Part shown: positions 38,699-49,120 of the stretch, in pieces
Layout of the letters: every line of letters begins with the position of its first letter
Numbering within the stretch: position 1 is the stretch's first letter
Assembly: GCA_016840035.1 (NCBI GenBank)
Contig: JAEOTC010000075.1
Location: 1-64,000 of the forward strand
DNA from: Candidatus Hodarchaeota archaeon
GTDB lineage: Archaea; Asgardarchaeota; Heimdallarchaeia; Hodarchaeales; Hodarchaeaceae
DNA: 64,000 bases
Direction of reading: 5' to 3'
Translations under genes and position numbers: made by a program
The notes under the pieces: generated by a model
Database searches by the model: none
What the model saw: the letters and a program-made list of their open reading frames with translations, nothing else
What the model was told of the DNA's origin: nothing

Positions 38699-40066
38699 TC
38701 AAGAAAATTGAGGGAGATATTTCTTGTGAGTAGTCAGATAATCATCTAACATTTGTTCAGCAAGGGATAGATCTGGAAGCATTAATGCAAATGCCTGAAG
38801 AGCGGCCTCTCGGTCTCCCTCAATGGAGCTTTTGGTTATTAACTTCGCAATAGAAATCTCTCGCTGACAAAGAGCAGCAATAGCTTCAGGGAGTGGACCT
38901 ACTTTCATTCCTGAAATCCCATAAGCGTTTACAAGCGCTGGAACTTCAACAATTGCATCATCTGGAAGGTTTGAGATTGTTCCATTGTTCAATAGATTGA
39001 CAGATTGTTCATAGGAGTTTGAATTAGAGATCATTTCACCTATTATAGCATCCGCTCTTTCAGCGGGATTAGGATGGATATCTAAGGCTCTCTTGCCAGT
39101 AATAATGTCGTTAATTCGTGTCCACATGGTTTCTCTCTGTAATTTCCCGCGATCAAAATCGTAAAGCTGGATACGATATTTTTCCCAATTCTCCTTGGTA
39201 AATGTATAAGGAAGATACTCGACAAGATGGCAATCCCCAACAATGGGTAATAATCCGAAGATATCAAACATATGCTTAGTTAATGGCTCAAATTCTGGAT
39301 TTACATTCTTCGCTTCTTGTCGTACTAATGGATAAACGTCTTCATTTGTATCGAGTCTCCTAACATCCAGCATCCAAGTAAAATGGTTCAGACCTGCTGC
39401 TTTGATATCATATTCTCCAGCTGCTTCAACAACAAACTCATTGAAGATACTCTGGCTTTCATCTGTCCATTTGTACTCAAGGTCCAAATTGTCAGTAATT
39501 CCCAAATCATTTGCTAAATATCTTCCTACGATACCATAGCCATGCCAAATTTGGTGACAAAGCCCAACAGACTTAATTTTGGCATGTTCAGCTGCATAAC
39601 CAATTCTGGGGACTGGGTTTGTGAAATTAACCAGCCAACTATCAGGAGCAAGATCGTGGATGTCGTACAAGATAGGCATAATAATTGCTAAGCCACGTGC
39701 GGTATGACCGAAACTACCCATAAGGCCATTCTCTGCATAATGGTAATAACCATATTTCTTCGCAATTTGATAATCCTTCAGCCAGGTTTCTTCACGATCT
39801 ATCGCAACAGATAATATGACAAAGTCAGCATCAATTAAAGCCTCTTTACGGTCGAGAAAGGAACTGATTTTAATTTTAGAATCCCATTCTTTTTTCATAA
39901 CTTCCCCTAGGGCATAGATTGCACTTAAATTTTCTTTATTAATGTCTACTAACTTCAATGTTGTGTTTTGTAAATCTTCGTGGGCAATAATACCACTCAA
40001 ATTATCTAAACCAAAACTTGCACTACCAGCGCCTATTATTACAATATTTGCGTCTGAATCCATCAA
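38699..40066 (-). CDS. Glycoside hydrolase family 4 (NAD+/Mn2+-dependent alpha-galactosidase/glucosidase)
   Basis: 'IIGAGSASF', 'NFTNP', 'GLCH', 'GLNHFTW', 'VEVP'. Confidence 0.9.
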   Translation of the reverse strand: MMDSDANIVIIGAGSASFGLDNLSGIIAHEDLQNTTLKLVDINKENLSAIYALGEVMKKEWDSKIKISSFLDRKEALIDADFVILSVAIDREETWLKDYQIAKKYGYYHYAENGLMGSFGHTARGLAIIMPILYDIHDLAPDSWLVNFTNPVPRIGYAAEHAKIKSVGLCHQIWHGYGIVGRYLANDLGITDNLDLEYKWTDESQSIFNEFVVEAAGEYDIKAAGLNHFTWMLDVRRLDTNEDVYPLVRQEAKNVNPEFEPLTKHMFDIFGLLPIVGDCHLVEYLPYTFTKENWEKYRIQLYDFDRGKLQRETMWTRINDIITGKRALDIHPNPAERADAIIGEMISNSNSYEQSVNLLNNGTISNLPDDAIVEVPALVNAYGISGMKVGPLPEAIAALCQREISIAKLITKSSIEGDREAALQAFALMLPDLSLAEQMLDDYLTTHKKYLPQFS

Positions 40067-40206
40067 ATTTTCTCCTATCGAACTAAATCTTACCTATCAA
40101 TTTCTGGATGGGATTTATTTTTTTTACATTTGGAACCCTTACTCGCAAAATACGTTTCATTATCTCACAAAATATATCTGTCTGGTTGACAAGTATAATT
40201 ATTCTC

Positions 40207-42933
40207 CTATTCATTAAGAATAGAAACAATCCCTTCGGTTCCATTAACCTTTACAATCATTCCTGTCTTAAGTATTTTACAGGCATTAATAATATTTGTA
40301 ACACTTGGAATTCCATATTCACGACTTACAACAGCACCGTGAGATAGAATTCCACCAGTCTCTGTAATTAAGCCACCGATTTTTGCGAACACAGGAGTCC
40401 ATCCAGGATCAGTTTTCGGAACTACAAGAATTTCTCCAGCTCTAACTGTAAATACCTGCTTGATGTCTGTTAGTATTCGCGTTTTTGCAGTTATAATCCC
40501 GTTGCTTGCAGGAATGCCTCTGAAATTTGAATTGTCATAAGATTTAGGAATAGGGTCGTCGAATTCCCGCGAACCATGCAAGAACTTCGGTGGAATAGCA
40601 TATTCATATTTATTAAAGTCGTTTTTTCTATTTTTGATTAAATTCAAAGTCTTTGGTATTGAGAATTGCTTGGGGGCTCTCAAGAGATTGCGAACTTCAT
40701 GTTTGTATAAGAAAAATATATCTTCAGAATCCCTCAAGTATCTTTTAGATACAAAGAAATTCCCAATTTCTAGATATAACTGGCGATTTCGAGCAATCCA
40801 TTTATCGAGATTAAACCTTTGATTTTCTCTAAAACTAATATACTTGCGAGCTAAATTTAAGATTGTAGCAAAAAGCTTAAACTTTAAAAGACCGAATCGA
40901 GTTGATCGAATCCTAAAAGCAACGTAATTTTCTACATTTTTCCTTCGTTTAAGGTTTTGCTTCTTTAGTTCCGCCATATCAACTTTCTGATCGATTACCA
41001 ATGCTTTAAGCTGATCAAAGAGATAAGATGGGTCGTCACGCCAACGAGGGAAATATATTTCTCTGGAGAATCCTCTATCGCCAAAGGTCCCAAGGAAATT
41101 CTTTAACTCCTCCAAAAACTTGGAGATATCTTTGTCTTCTTTCTTATTTTCAAGAATATCGTATAATTCGGAAGACTCGGTCTCAAGTATTAGATCTTTC
41201 AGGTTTGAATTACCATGAATTTTAGCTGCAAGATTTTGGACTTCTTCATTTGTTTCTGCCGTTTTATGCCATAATCCCGAAATCAAGATTGGATATAGGG
41301 CAGTAGATAATCTCTTACCTATGAAACGAGTTAGAAGATAATTGGATAGGAGATTCATCCCTATATTATGAACTGGGATTCCATATCTAACCATTCGGAA
41401 GTGTTCCGCCATCTGATGTTCTAAGGAATCACTTAATTGAATAATTGAATTAATTTGGTTCATTTCAGCAGATTCAGAGAGAAGACTGTCAAATTTCTCA
41501 CAGAAGGGCCAAAATTCTTCCTTTGTCCACCGTTGGTAGGTTTCTGCGGTTTTTAGGATAGAACCATGGATATTATCATGAAGCATTATCCTGAGTTCAG
41601 AGATAATTCGTTTTCCCAACCTGAAAGGCATCTTTCGTACGGTTTTCTTACAAAAAGGCCCTTCTCCTTCCGGAAAATAGTTTAAAACATCATCTGTACG
41701 AATGAAAGGAGGGATTTCATATTCCACTTTACGTAGCAAAGTTTCCAGATTGAAATAAACATGACCATGATGCAGGTAAAGAAGCTGATCACTAATTTTC
41801 GGGTAACCCATAATACTATTCAATTCGGTATTAACAATAAGTGTTAGCGGTATTCCCAGAAGATCATAAAATAAGGGTGTTGTAGTATCATTCCAATAGT
41901 CATCGGCATATCCTCTAGTCCAAAAGACCTCGTGGATCCCCTTATCTGGGGTTTGGATAGTTGTAATAGGACGAGATTGTGTAATATAGAGTTTATTCTC
42001 CTTATCATACACCCATTCAATATCTTGAGGGGATTTGAAAGTTCGTTCGATTTTTATACTCATTGATGCTAATTGAAGCACTTGGTCATCAGTTATAGAT
42101 TGTTTATCCTGATCATTGGGTGAGAGAGGAACTTTGGTTATCCCCACTTTGGCACTTTCTATTTTAAATTCCTTATGAGAGATTTCTCTAGATATGATTT
42201 GCAGATCATTCTCTAGGGAAGACTCACTACGTGTAATAATGAATTGGTCTGGGAATAATTGACCAGAAACAAGGGATTCTCCAAGTCCAAAGGTTGCTTC
42301 AATTAGAATTTCATTCTTATTGAGAGAGACTGGACTTTCTGTGAATATCACTCCAGCACTCGAAGCTGAAATCATTGATTGGATGATTACTGCGAGCTTA
42401 ACATTCTTTTGAGGGATATTATGTTGATTTCGATAGGCAATTGTACGAGAACTCCAGAGAGATGCATAACATTCTTTCAAAGAATGAAGAATTTCGTTTT
42501 TTCCCCGAACATTAAGATAAGACTCTTGTTGTCCTGCAAAAGAGGCGGTGGGAAGGTCCTCTGCTGTTGCTGAAGATCTAATAGCAACTTGTAGTAAATT
42601 GGATAACAGATAATTCGTATCTATCAAGTGGATGAGCTCTTGAGGTAATGAGGACTCTTTGATGGCCTTTTGGATGATTGATGCCGCAGCCTCAATCGAC
42701 CTCATCTCAGTAAAATCAATTAACCCTAGTTCTTTATTAATTAATGTTCCTAGGTTATTTTGATCAATAAATCGATTGTACGCTTGTGTTGTTATAACCA
42801 ATCCATCAGGCACTTGAAAACCATGTTTAACAAGTATTCCCAAATTTGCTGCCTTTCCCCCAACCAATGATAAAGGTTGATCGCTTTTAGCTAACTCTGA
42901 GAGGGTCAGGACAAATTTATTCAAAAAAATCAC
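40207..42933 (-). CDS. PEP-utilising phosphotransferase, RPH/PigC-like (ATP-grasp, substrate domain, C-terminal His swivel)
   Basis: 'GGKAANL', 'RSSATAED...SFAGQ', 'QSRPIT', 'TDPGWT', 'SHGAVVSREYGIP'; no PEP/pyruvate TIM barrel. Confidence 0.88.
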   Translation of the reverse strand: MIFLNKFVLTLSELAKSDQPLSLVGGKAANLGILVKHGFQVPDGLVITTQAYNRFIDQNNLGTLINKELGLIDFTEMRSIEAAASIIQKAIKESSLPQELIHLIDTNYLLSNLLQVAIRSSATAEDLPTASFAGQQESYLNVRGKNEILHSLKECYASLWSSRTIAYRNQHNIPQKNVKLAVIIQSMISASSAGVIFTESPVSLNKNEILIEATFGLGESLVSGQLFPDQFIITRSESSLENDLQIISREISHKEFKIESAKVGITKVPLSPNDQDKQSITDDQVLQLASMSIKIERTFKSPQDIEWVYDKENKLYITQSRPITTIQTPDKGIHEVFWTRGYADDYWNDTTTPLFYDLLGIPLTLIVNTELNSIMGYPKISDQLLYLHHGHVYFNLETLLRKVEYEIPPFIRTDDVLNYFPEGEGPFCKKTVRKMPFRLGKRIISELRIMLHDNIHGSILKTAETYQRWTKEEFWPFCEKFDSLLSESAEMNQINSIIQLSDSLEHQMAEHFRMVRYGIPVHNIGMNLLSNYLLTRFIGKRLSTALYPILISGLWHKTAETNEEVQNLAAKIHGNSNLKDLILETESSELYDILENKKEDKDISKFLEELKNFLGTFGDRGFSREIYFPRWRDDPSYLFDQLKALVIDQKVDMAELKKQNLKRRKNVENYVAFRIRSTRFGLLKFKLFATILNLARKYISFRENQRFNLDKWIARNRQLYLEIGNFFVSKRYLRDSEDIFFLYKHEVRNLLRAPKQFSIPKTLNLIKNRKNDFNKYEYAIPPKFLHGSREFDDPIPKSYDNSNFRGIPASNGIITAKTRILTDIKQVFTVRAGEILVVPKTDPGWTPVFAKIGGLITETGGILSHGAVVSREYGIPSVTNIINACKILKTGMIVKVNGTEGIVSILNE

Positions 42934-43006
42934 TCGTTTTCATCATTTGATCGACATTGCAGCTTCAGGACAGATATCAATACACTTTAATTTACTAAAT
43001 CAAACC

Positions 43007-43969
43007 TTAGGGAAGTTTTCTTAAAGTTTCAAATGTACCATATCCCCCTGTTATCCCGTTAAGTTCATATTCTCCAAATGCCTGAATTAAAACGGATTTC
43101 TTTCCTTCTGGATCTTTGAAAGGTATTGGAAGGATTGAACCTACACGACCAGTAAGACTGTGCCTGTCATCATTCCAATCAGTTATTTCTAGTAGTGATG
43201 ATTTTGGATAGATTCCATCTTTTTCAAAGGACTGTTCGACAATATTGATTGTTTTGATTGGAATATTAACTCCATCTTTGAATATGAATCCCCCTATGGA
43301 TAATCTACCATCATCAGCGATGATTGCAGCAGGATTGATGGCGAGATTTTTATTAAACCAGACAACATAGTACAACCAATTCCCCACACCTGTCCAATCT
43401 CGAATTCCATGAGTATGATCTCTCTGACCCATGATTTTCTCTAATTTTATTGTTTCAGAGTCAAATTGGAGTTTTCCAGAAATTAGAGCAAGTTGTTCCC
43501 AGTGTTCATCCCCAGATTTTTTTCCAAGTTCTCGTGATTCTTCCGTCATGAATTCGCTATATTCATACACTTCGTTTAATGGTGAGAAATCGAGTTGTAG
43601 TTCAAAATCCTTAATCTCTTTTATGAGTTCAGGTTCATTTAATACCTTAGGGAAGTGTTTCGGATCATCTACAACAATCATTGACCCGTGGAAGGAATAA
43701 TGCCAACTTCCGTCAGGATTACGTTTGTGAGTCATTTCTCCTACTTTGAGGGGATTACCATAGCTTGATAAAGGCTCTGTTGTTTGGTAACCCGCTGCTG
43801 TACCATCAGGAAGAAATAAGAATAGAAATGACATTCCCTCAGACTTATTTGGTTTAAAACCAACCCTAGACATACCTTTTATGTTGGTTTTAGGATCTGC
43901 AAAGCAGAAATAGTAACTTTCATTCCATTCAACATGAGTAGAATTAGTATTATGAGTCAATGGTTCCAT
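43007..43969 (-). CDS. AttH/CrtC/tocopherol-cyclase-like beta-barrel protein
   Basis: 'WNESYYF', 'HWEQ', 'GQRDHTHGIRDW' motifs. Probable start at 'MEPL'. Confidence 0.55.
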   Translation of the reverse strand: MEPLTHNTNSTHVEWNESYYFCFADPKTNIKGMSRVGFKPNKSEGMSFLFLFLPDGTAAGYQTTEPLSSYGNPLKVGEMTHKRNPDGSWHYSFHGSMIVVDDPKHFPKVLNEPELIKEIKDFELQLDFSPLNEVYEYSEFMTEESRELGKKSGDEHWEQLALISGKLQFDSETIKLEKIMGQRDHTHGIRDWTGVGNWLYYVVWFNKNLAINPAAIIADDGRLSIGGFIFKDGVNIPIKTINIVEQSFEKDGIYPKSSLLEITDWNDDRHSLTGRVGSILPIPFKDPEGKKSVLIQAFGEYELNGITGGYGTFETLRKLP

Positions 43970-44093
43970 TGAGGTTCCCAAAGTGATGTTGTCAATCCAA
44001 GGTTGAGATAGGAAGGTTTTTACTTCTTTTTAGTCTAAAATAAATTTCTTTTGGATTTACAATGAGGCTATTTCCATTAAATAAAAGAGAATG

Positions 44094-44111
44094 GGAAAAT
44101 TATAATTTTCC
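44094..44111. terminator. Perfect 18-bp palindrome just after the acyl-CoA ligase stop
   Basis: GGAAAATTATAATTTTCC, followed by a pyrimidine/T tract on the minus strand. Confidence 0.4.
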
Positions 44112-44117
44112 ACATTA

Positions 44118-45815
44118 TTATTCTTTGAGCGCTCTTTTCAATACCTTACCAACTGTAGTAAGAGGTAATTCTTCTCGGAATTCATAAACTCTAGGTTTTT
44201 CATACTTGGAAAGATTCTCTTCCGCATATTGCTTTATACTTTCTTTTACACCATCCGTGGGTTCAACCCCACTTTTCAGTTGTATATAGGCATGGACAAT
44301 TTCACTTCCAGGACGATCAGGATCGGGAATACCTATGATTGCTACCATTCCAATGTCTGGATGTTTTGTAAGTACATCTTCAACGTGAACAGAGTAAACT
44401 TTGTAACCAGAAACGATCAACATGTCTTTTACCCGATCTACAATCTGTATGTAACCATCTTCGTCCATAACACCGACATCACCAGTATGAAGCCATCCAT
44501 CCGGATCAATAGTATTTTTTGTAGCCTCAGGTTTATTGAAATAGCCCCTAGTAACAATTGGTCCGCGAACTAAAATTTCCCCAGGTTCTCCTGTTTCAAC
44601 AGCATCTCCAGTTTCGATATTTACCAATTTTAGGTCTGTGTCAGGAAGAGGTAATCCTACTTTTCCAACCTTCTTTTTACCAAGAATTGGATTAGAGACA
44701 CATACAGGGGAAGTTTCAGTCATTCCGTATAGTTCCATGACTTTATTGGTCGCCTTCATTTTTGATTCAAATTCTCGAATCATTTCTGCAGGAAAAGGAG
44801 CAGCACCCGAAATATAGACACTAACATTTTCCAATATCTCATCTGGAATAGTTTTTACATCAGGATGATTCATAATCATTCCAAAGAGAGTAGGAACGTT
44901 AGCAACAATAGTTGGTTTATGCTTGACAATTTCTCCAATAACCTGGGCGATATCTCGTGGATTTGGAATTAGCACCTGTGAACCTGAAAGCCAAATAGTT
45001 TCAGAAATTACTGTAAGTCCTGCAGAGTGAAACATTGGAAATGCTGAAAGAGCTGTGACTGTTCCTGGCTCTAAATTTAACCAATTAGCAAAAATAGTAT
45101 ATTGCGCTAATAAATTTGCATGTGTTAACTCGGTACCTTTAGGATGACCTGTTGTTCCTCCCGTATATTGTAAGCAAGCAAGATCGTTATTTACATCTAT
45201 TGTTACAGGTTTTACGTTAGGATTACCTGACATAACGTCTGAGAATTTAGTGACTTTCTTCCCGGGGAAATCGAATATTTTCCCATGAGGAATCTTCCCC
45301 AGTTTTTTTCCGAGAAACACTTTTAGTTTACTCAATCCCATATATTCAGAAATATTGGTGGCGACCACAATTTCGAGTGCAGGTATTTCACTAAGTTTAT
45401 TTGATAAAACTTTTTCATAGATTGCGTCCAATGTAACAATAACTTTTGCCTTACTATCGTTAAGCTGATAGGCGACTTCTTTAGCACTTAAAAGTGGATT
45501 GAGTCCAGAAGCAACACATCCTGCAAGAAGAGTACCGAAATGTGCAATCATATATTGAGGGGAATTTGCAAGGCTGATAGCTACTACATCACCTTTTCCG
45601 ATTCCATTCTCTTGTAAAAAAGTGGCAAATCTTTCGACATTGTTAAGTAATTCACGATAGGTAATTTCTCTATTCATCATCCAGCATGCAATATTGTCAG
45701 GAAATTTTGCCATTTCACGTGCAAAAATTACACCTAGGCTTTCTTTCGGATATGGTTCAACTTTTACATGCTTATCCCATGATTTCATCCATAATTCAGG
45801 GGTTATTTGTGTCAT
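44118..45815 (-). CDS. fadD: Long-chain fatty-acid--CoA ligase (AMP-binding)
   Basis: 'YTGGTTGHPKG', 'YGMTE', 'TGD', 'DRVKD', 'GKVLK'. Confidence 0.9.
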   Translation of the reverse strand: MTQITPELWMKSWDKHVKVEPYPKESLGVIFAREMAKFPDNIACWMMNREITYRELLNNVERFATFLQENGIGKGDVVAISLANSPQYMIAHFGTLLAGCVASGLNPLLSAKEVAYQLNDSKAKVIVTLDAIYEKVLSNKLSEIPALEIVVATNISEYMGLSKLKVFLGKKLGKIPHGKIFDFPGKKVTKFSDVMSGNPNVKPVTIDVNNDLACLQYTGGTTGHPKGTELTHANLLAQYTIFANWLNLEPGTVTALSAFPMFHSAGLTVISETIWLSGSQVLIPNPRDIAQVIGEIVKHKPTIVANVPTLFGMIMNHPDVKTIPDEILENVSVYISGAAPFPAEMIREFESKMKATNKVMELYGMTETSPVCVSNPILGKKKVGKVGLPLPDTDLKLVNIETGDAVETGEPGEILVRGPIVTRGYFNKPEATKNTIDPDGWLHTGDVGVMDEDGYIQIVDRVKDMLIVSGYKVYSVHVEDVLTKHPDIGMVAIIGIPDPDRPGSEIVHAYIQLKSGVEPTDGVKESIKQYAEENLSKYEKPRVYEFREELPLTTVGKVLKRALKE

Positions 45816-45909
45816 AATTAGCAATCCTTTCAGTAATATTTGAACAAGTAGTATTCGATTATAATGTAGTTAGATTATAAGAATATGTCCTACAAAAGAG
45901 TACGATTTA

Positions 45910-46605
45910 TTACCAAGGGAGTTCTTTTCCTTGCCAATCAAGAAATCTTCCCGAATCTTTTTGTGTTAAAGAATCGATAACTTGAATCATCCCTGCAATG
46001 GAATCAACTCTTTCAATAGGTGCACTTTTAGTTCCCATTCGAGTCTTTACCCATCCAGGATGCATTGGAATAACTATAATTTCTTTCGTACGTAAAGAAT
46101 TTGCCAATAATTTTGAAAACATGTTTAAAGCAGCTTTACTCGCGCAATAAATAAAATCAGAGGTATTTTCTCGTGCAGAAATTGAGCCCATCTGGCTGGA
46201 GATATTTACTATTTTTGTTCCTTTTTTGAATAACTGAGAAAAACGTTCTGAAACTAAAATGGGTGAAATAGAATTTACATCGAATACTTCAGACATATTG
46301 TCTTCATGTAGATTACCTAGTTTAATTCTGCTTTTTCCTTTCATCCCAGCATTATTGATAAGAATATCTAGATGTGATATTTTTTCTTTCACTTTGGAAA
46401 GTGCTTTATTACGAGAGGCACTAGATGATACATCCATAGGTATTAATGTAAGTGTTGCTTGATACTTTTTTTTCAATTCATTTAGGTTTGATAAATCATT
46501 ATTCTCTCTGTAAGTTGCAATTACTTCCTCTCCCCTGTTTAAGTATTGATTCACAAATTCTAGTCCTAACCCACGATTAGCGCCCGTTATAAGTACATTC
46601 ATCAC
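45910..46605 (-). CDS. Short-chain dehydrogenase (CsgA/C-factor-like)
   Basis: 'TGANRGLG', 'NNAG', 'YCASKAALN', 'HPGWVKT', 'PW' terminus. Confidence 0.9.
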   Translation of the reverse strand: MMNVLITGANRGLGLEFVNQYLNRGEEVIATYRENNDLSNLNELKKKYQATLTLIPMDVSSSASRNKALSKVKEKISHLDILINNAGMKGKSRIKLGNLHEDNMSEVFDVNSISPILVSERFSQLFKKGTKIVNISSQMGSISARENTSDFIYCASKAALNMFSKLLANSLRTKEIIVIPMHPGWVKTRMGTKSAPIERVDSIAGMIQVIDSLTQKDSGRFLDWQGKELPW

Positions 46606-46735
46606 GAATATTCACCTTTTCTAATGAGGTCTTCTATTTGGGTATTCTTAAGAATTTGATTTTAAATAATCAAACTCAGATTCGTAGCTAGCTTCCGTAC
46701 CCCAAATAATCTTCCTCTTTCGAGATCTGATTTCG

Positions 46736-48988
46736 ATGTCTTTTCCCTCTAATCTGAATGTCTTACTCTCTAGAGATGATATTCCAGATGATGTAAAAGA
46801 ATTAATACGATCTGGGTTTCTTTCCTATCAAGAATCTTTATTTAAACTTGAGAAATCAGAGAAACTCTACCGAAGTTTGGTTGAAAATTCCCGAGACATT
46901 ATTTTTACTGTTGATTTGGAAGGTAACATTACTTCTATCAATCCTGCGGCAGAAAAGCTTACAGGATGGTCACCTGATGAATGGATAGGTAAACCTTTCC
47001 AACCAAAAATTCATCCTGACGATTTAGATGCGGTAATACGAGGGTTTAGTACAATTACTGAAGGAGATACATTTCCAACTCCAGAGGTTAGAATATTGAC
47101 TAAATCAGGTATTTACAAACCTTTTGAAATCAAGGGCTCTCCTCAAAGAGAAAATGGTGAGATTATTGGTATGCTTGGATTTGCCCATAGTACACATGAA
47201 CTTCGTGTTAGCGAGAATAGATATCAAACTTTGATTGAAACAGCTCTAGAAGGCGTATGGATAACAAACCTTGACAATAAAACTCTCTACGTGAACCCAG
47301 CTTTAGAAAAGATGTTAGGATGGTCTTTGAATGAAATGTTGGGAAGAAATGTTGATGAATTTCTTGCAGAGAACTCAGTAGGGATATTCAATGAGAAAGT
47401 AAAAGAGAGATTTACAAATGGGGTACCTTCATCAGTATACGAACTCTCATTAGTTAAGAAAGATCAATCATTAATTCAGGTTAGAGTTGCTGGTACTATA
47501 TTACTTAACGAGGAAGAAGAATTAATTGGTTCTTTCGGATTACTTACGGATATCACCAATGAAAAGGAAGCTCAGGATCGTTATCGGAATTTAATAGAGC
47601 TAAATCCCGATGCAATTATCTTAACAGATTTAGACTTCACTATACTTACTGTGAATGAACAAGCAATGAATTTTTATCATGCTTCTAAGCCTGAAGATCT
47701 AATAGGACTAAACGCTCTTGAGTTACTTGTTCCTGAGGATCAACAATATGCTATTGCCGTTGCTGAGAAAACATTAGCTGAGGGAAGAATTTTCAGATTT
47801 GAGTATACCTCAGTCAGACTGGATGGGAGTACATTTCCCGCAGAGTTTATTATAACAGCAGTAGAAAACTCACAAGGGGAACCCATGTCATTTATGACAA
47901 TTACGAGAGATATTACAGAGCGAAAAATATCACAAGTCAGGTTAGTTGACAGTGAAGAGAAATACCGAACCCTTGTAGAGAATATTAATACGGGAATTTT
48001 TCGTGTTAGCAATCAAGGACGGCTGATACAAGCCAATCTTGCATTTATATCGATGTTTGGTTATACATCTTTCAATGAAATCGCCTCAACAGCACTATCT
48101 GATCTCTATGCCAATCCGGAGGATCGAATTAAATTTTTAGATGATTTATATAGTGAAGGACAATTGAATGTTAAAGATGCATTGATGAAAACACGGGATG
48201 GGATCCTATTTTGGGCCTCGATATCAGCTCGCGTATCTCCAAATGGTCAATGGCATGATGGGATTATTGAAGATATTTCTGAGCGAAAGTATGCAGAAGA
48301 AACTATTAAACAAATTAAACTCGAAGAAGAACGATATCATGCGATGTTGAGTCATTTTCTGAGAAATGACTTACAGAAAATCGTTAGTAATCTTGAATTT
48401 CTTGCAGTTAAGAGTGGATCAGAAAAATTATTACATACTTCAGAGGCACAAGAGATAGTTTCGATAGCGAATCGATCTTCTAAAACAATTGATTTAGTAA
48501 CAATGATATTTGAAGTGCTTCAGCTATCTTCTTTTCCTTCTGAGTCACTATTTTCTCAAGAAATCACCCTAAAAGAGTTTATTGAGGATTTACCAAGGAG
48601 TTCTTTCCGCACTATTAATATTAACACTCCAGAAATAAAGATTGCTCATAGTGGATATCTTCCTTATGCGATAAATGAGCTGATTCTATTCCTACTTCAG
48701 TCTGCGGAACATTCGGCACCTAATTCTCCTCTATTAATTGAAGCTCTTCCCCATGATCATTATCTCTGTTTAACCATTCGAGATTACGTTTCACCTCCAA
48801 TTCCAAAAGATATATGTGAGATTTTAACTTCCAAGATAACAGATCAATGGGAATCTCATGGTTTCTACATTGGAATAACCTTAGCCTCAGTTGTTATGCA
48901 ATATTTGAAAGGGGAACTGAAGATTATTCCTTATTTTCCCTATGGGAATGAATTTCAAATGTGGATTCCCAATTCATTAATACAATAA
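46736..48988 (+). CDS. Multi-PAS sensor protein with degenerate histidine-kinase module
   Basis: Four PAS/PAC repeats (NPAA, DIT/DISERK); H-box-like 'HFLRNDL'; eroded HATPase boxes. Confidence 0.8.
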   Translation: MSFPSNLNVLLSRDDIPDDVKELIRSGFLSYQESLFKLEKSEKLYRSLVENSRDIIFTVDLEGNITSINPAAEKLTGWSPDEWIGKPFQPKIHPDDLDAVIRGFSTITEGDTFPTPEVRILTKSGIYKPFEIKGSPQRENGEIIGMLGFAHSTHELRVSENRYQTLIETALEGVWITNLDNKTLYVNPALEKMLGWSLNEMLGRNVDEFLAENSVGIFNEKVKERFTNGVPSSVYELSLVKKDQSLIQVRVAGTILLNEEEELIGSFGLLTDITNEKEAQDRYRNLIELNPDAIILTDLDFTILTVNEQAMNFYHASKPEDLIGLNALELLVPEDQQYAIAVAEKTLAEGRIFRFEYTSVRLDGSTFPAEFIITAVENSQGEPMSFMTITRDITERKISQVRLVDSEEKYRTLVENINTGIFRVSNQGRLIQANLAFISMFGYTSFNEIASTALSDLYANPEDRIKFLDDLYSEGQLNVKDALMKTRDGILFWASISARVSPNGQWHDGIIEDISERKYAEETIKQIKLEEERYHAMLSHFLRNDLQKIVSNLEFLAVKSGSEKLLHTSEAQEIVSIANRSSKTIDLVTMIFEVLQLSSFPSESLFSQEITLKEFIEDLPRSSFRTININTPEIKIAHSGYLPYAINELILFLLQSAEHSAPNSPLLIEALPHDHYLCLTIRDYVSPPIPKDICEILTSKITDQWESHGFYIGITLASVVMQYLKGELKIIPYFPYGNEFQMWIPNSLIQ

Positions 48989-49120
48989 GAATAATCATCT
49001 TGGTTAGTACATCGTATTTACCCGATATTCCCCCGTTTCTCCTTATTCAAAGCGAAAAAAGATAAGTTAGGAATTAAATCTAGATCTGTCTTTTACATCC
49101 TATTTATTGGAGATTTATAT

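Noticed and set aside
40207-42933. Phosphoenolpyruvate synthase (ppsA) or PPDK
   Set aside because: The His domain is C-terminal and the PEP-binding barrel is absent.
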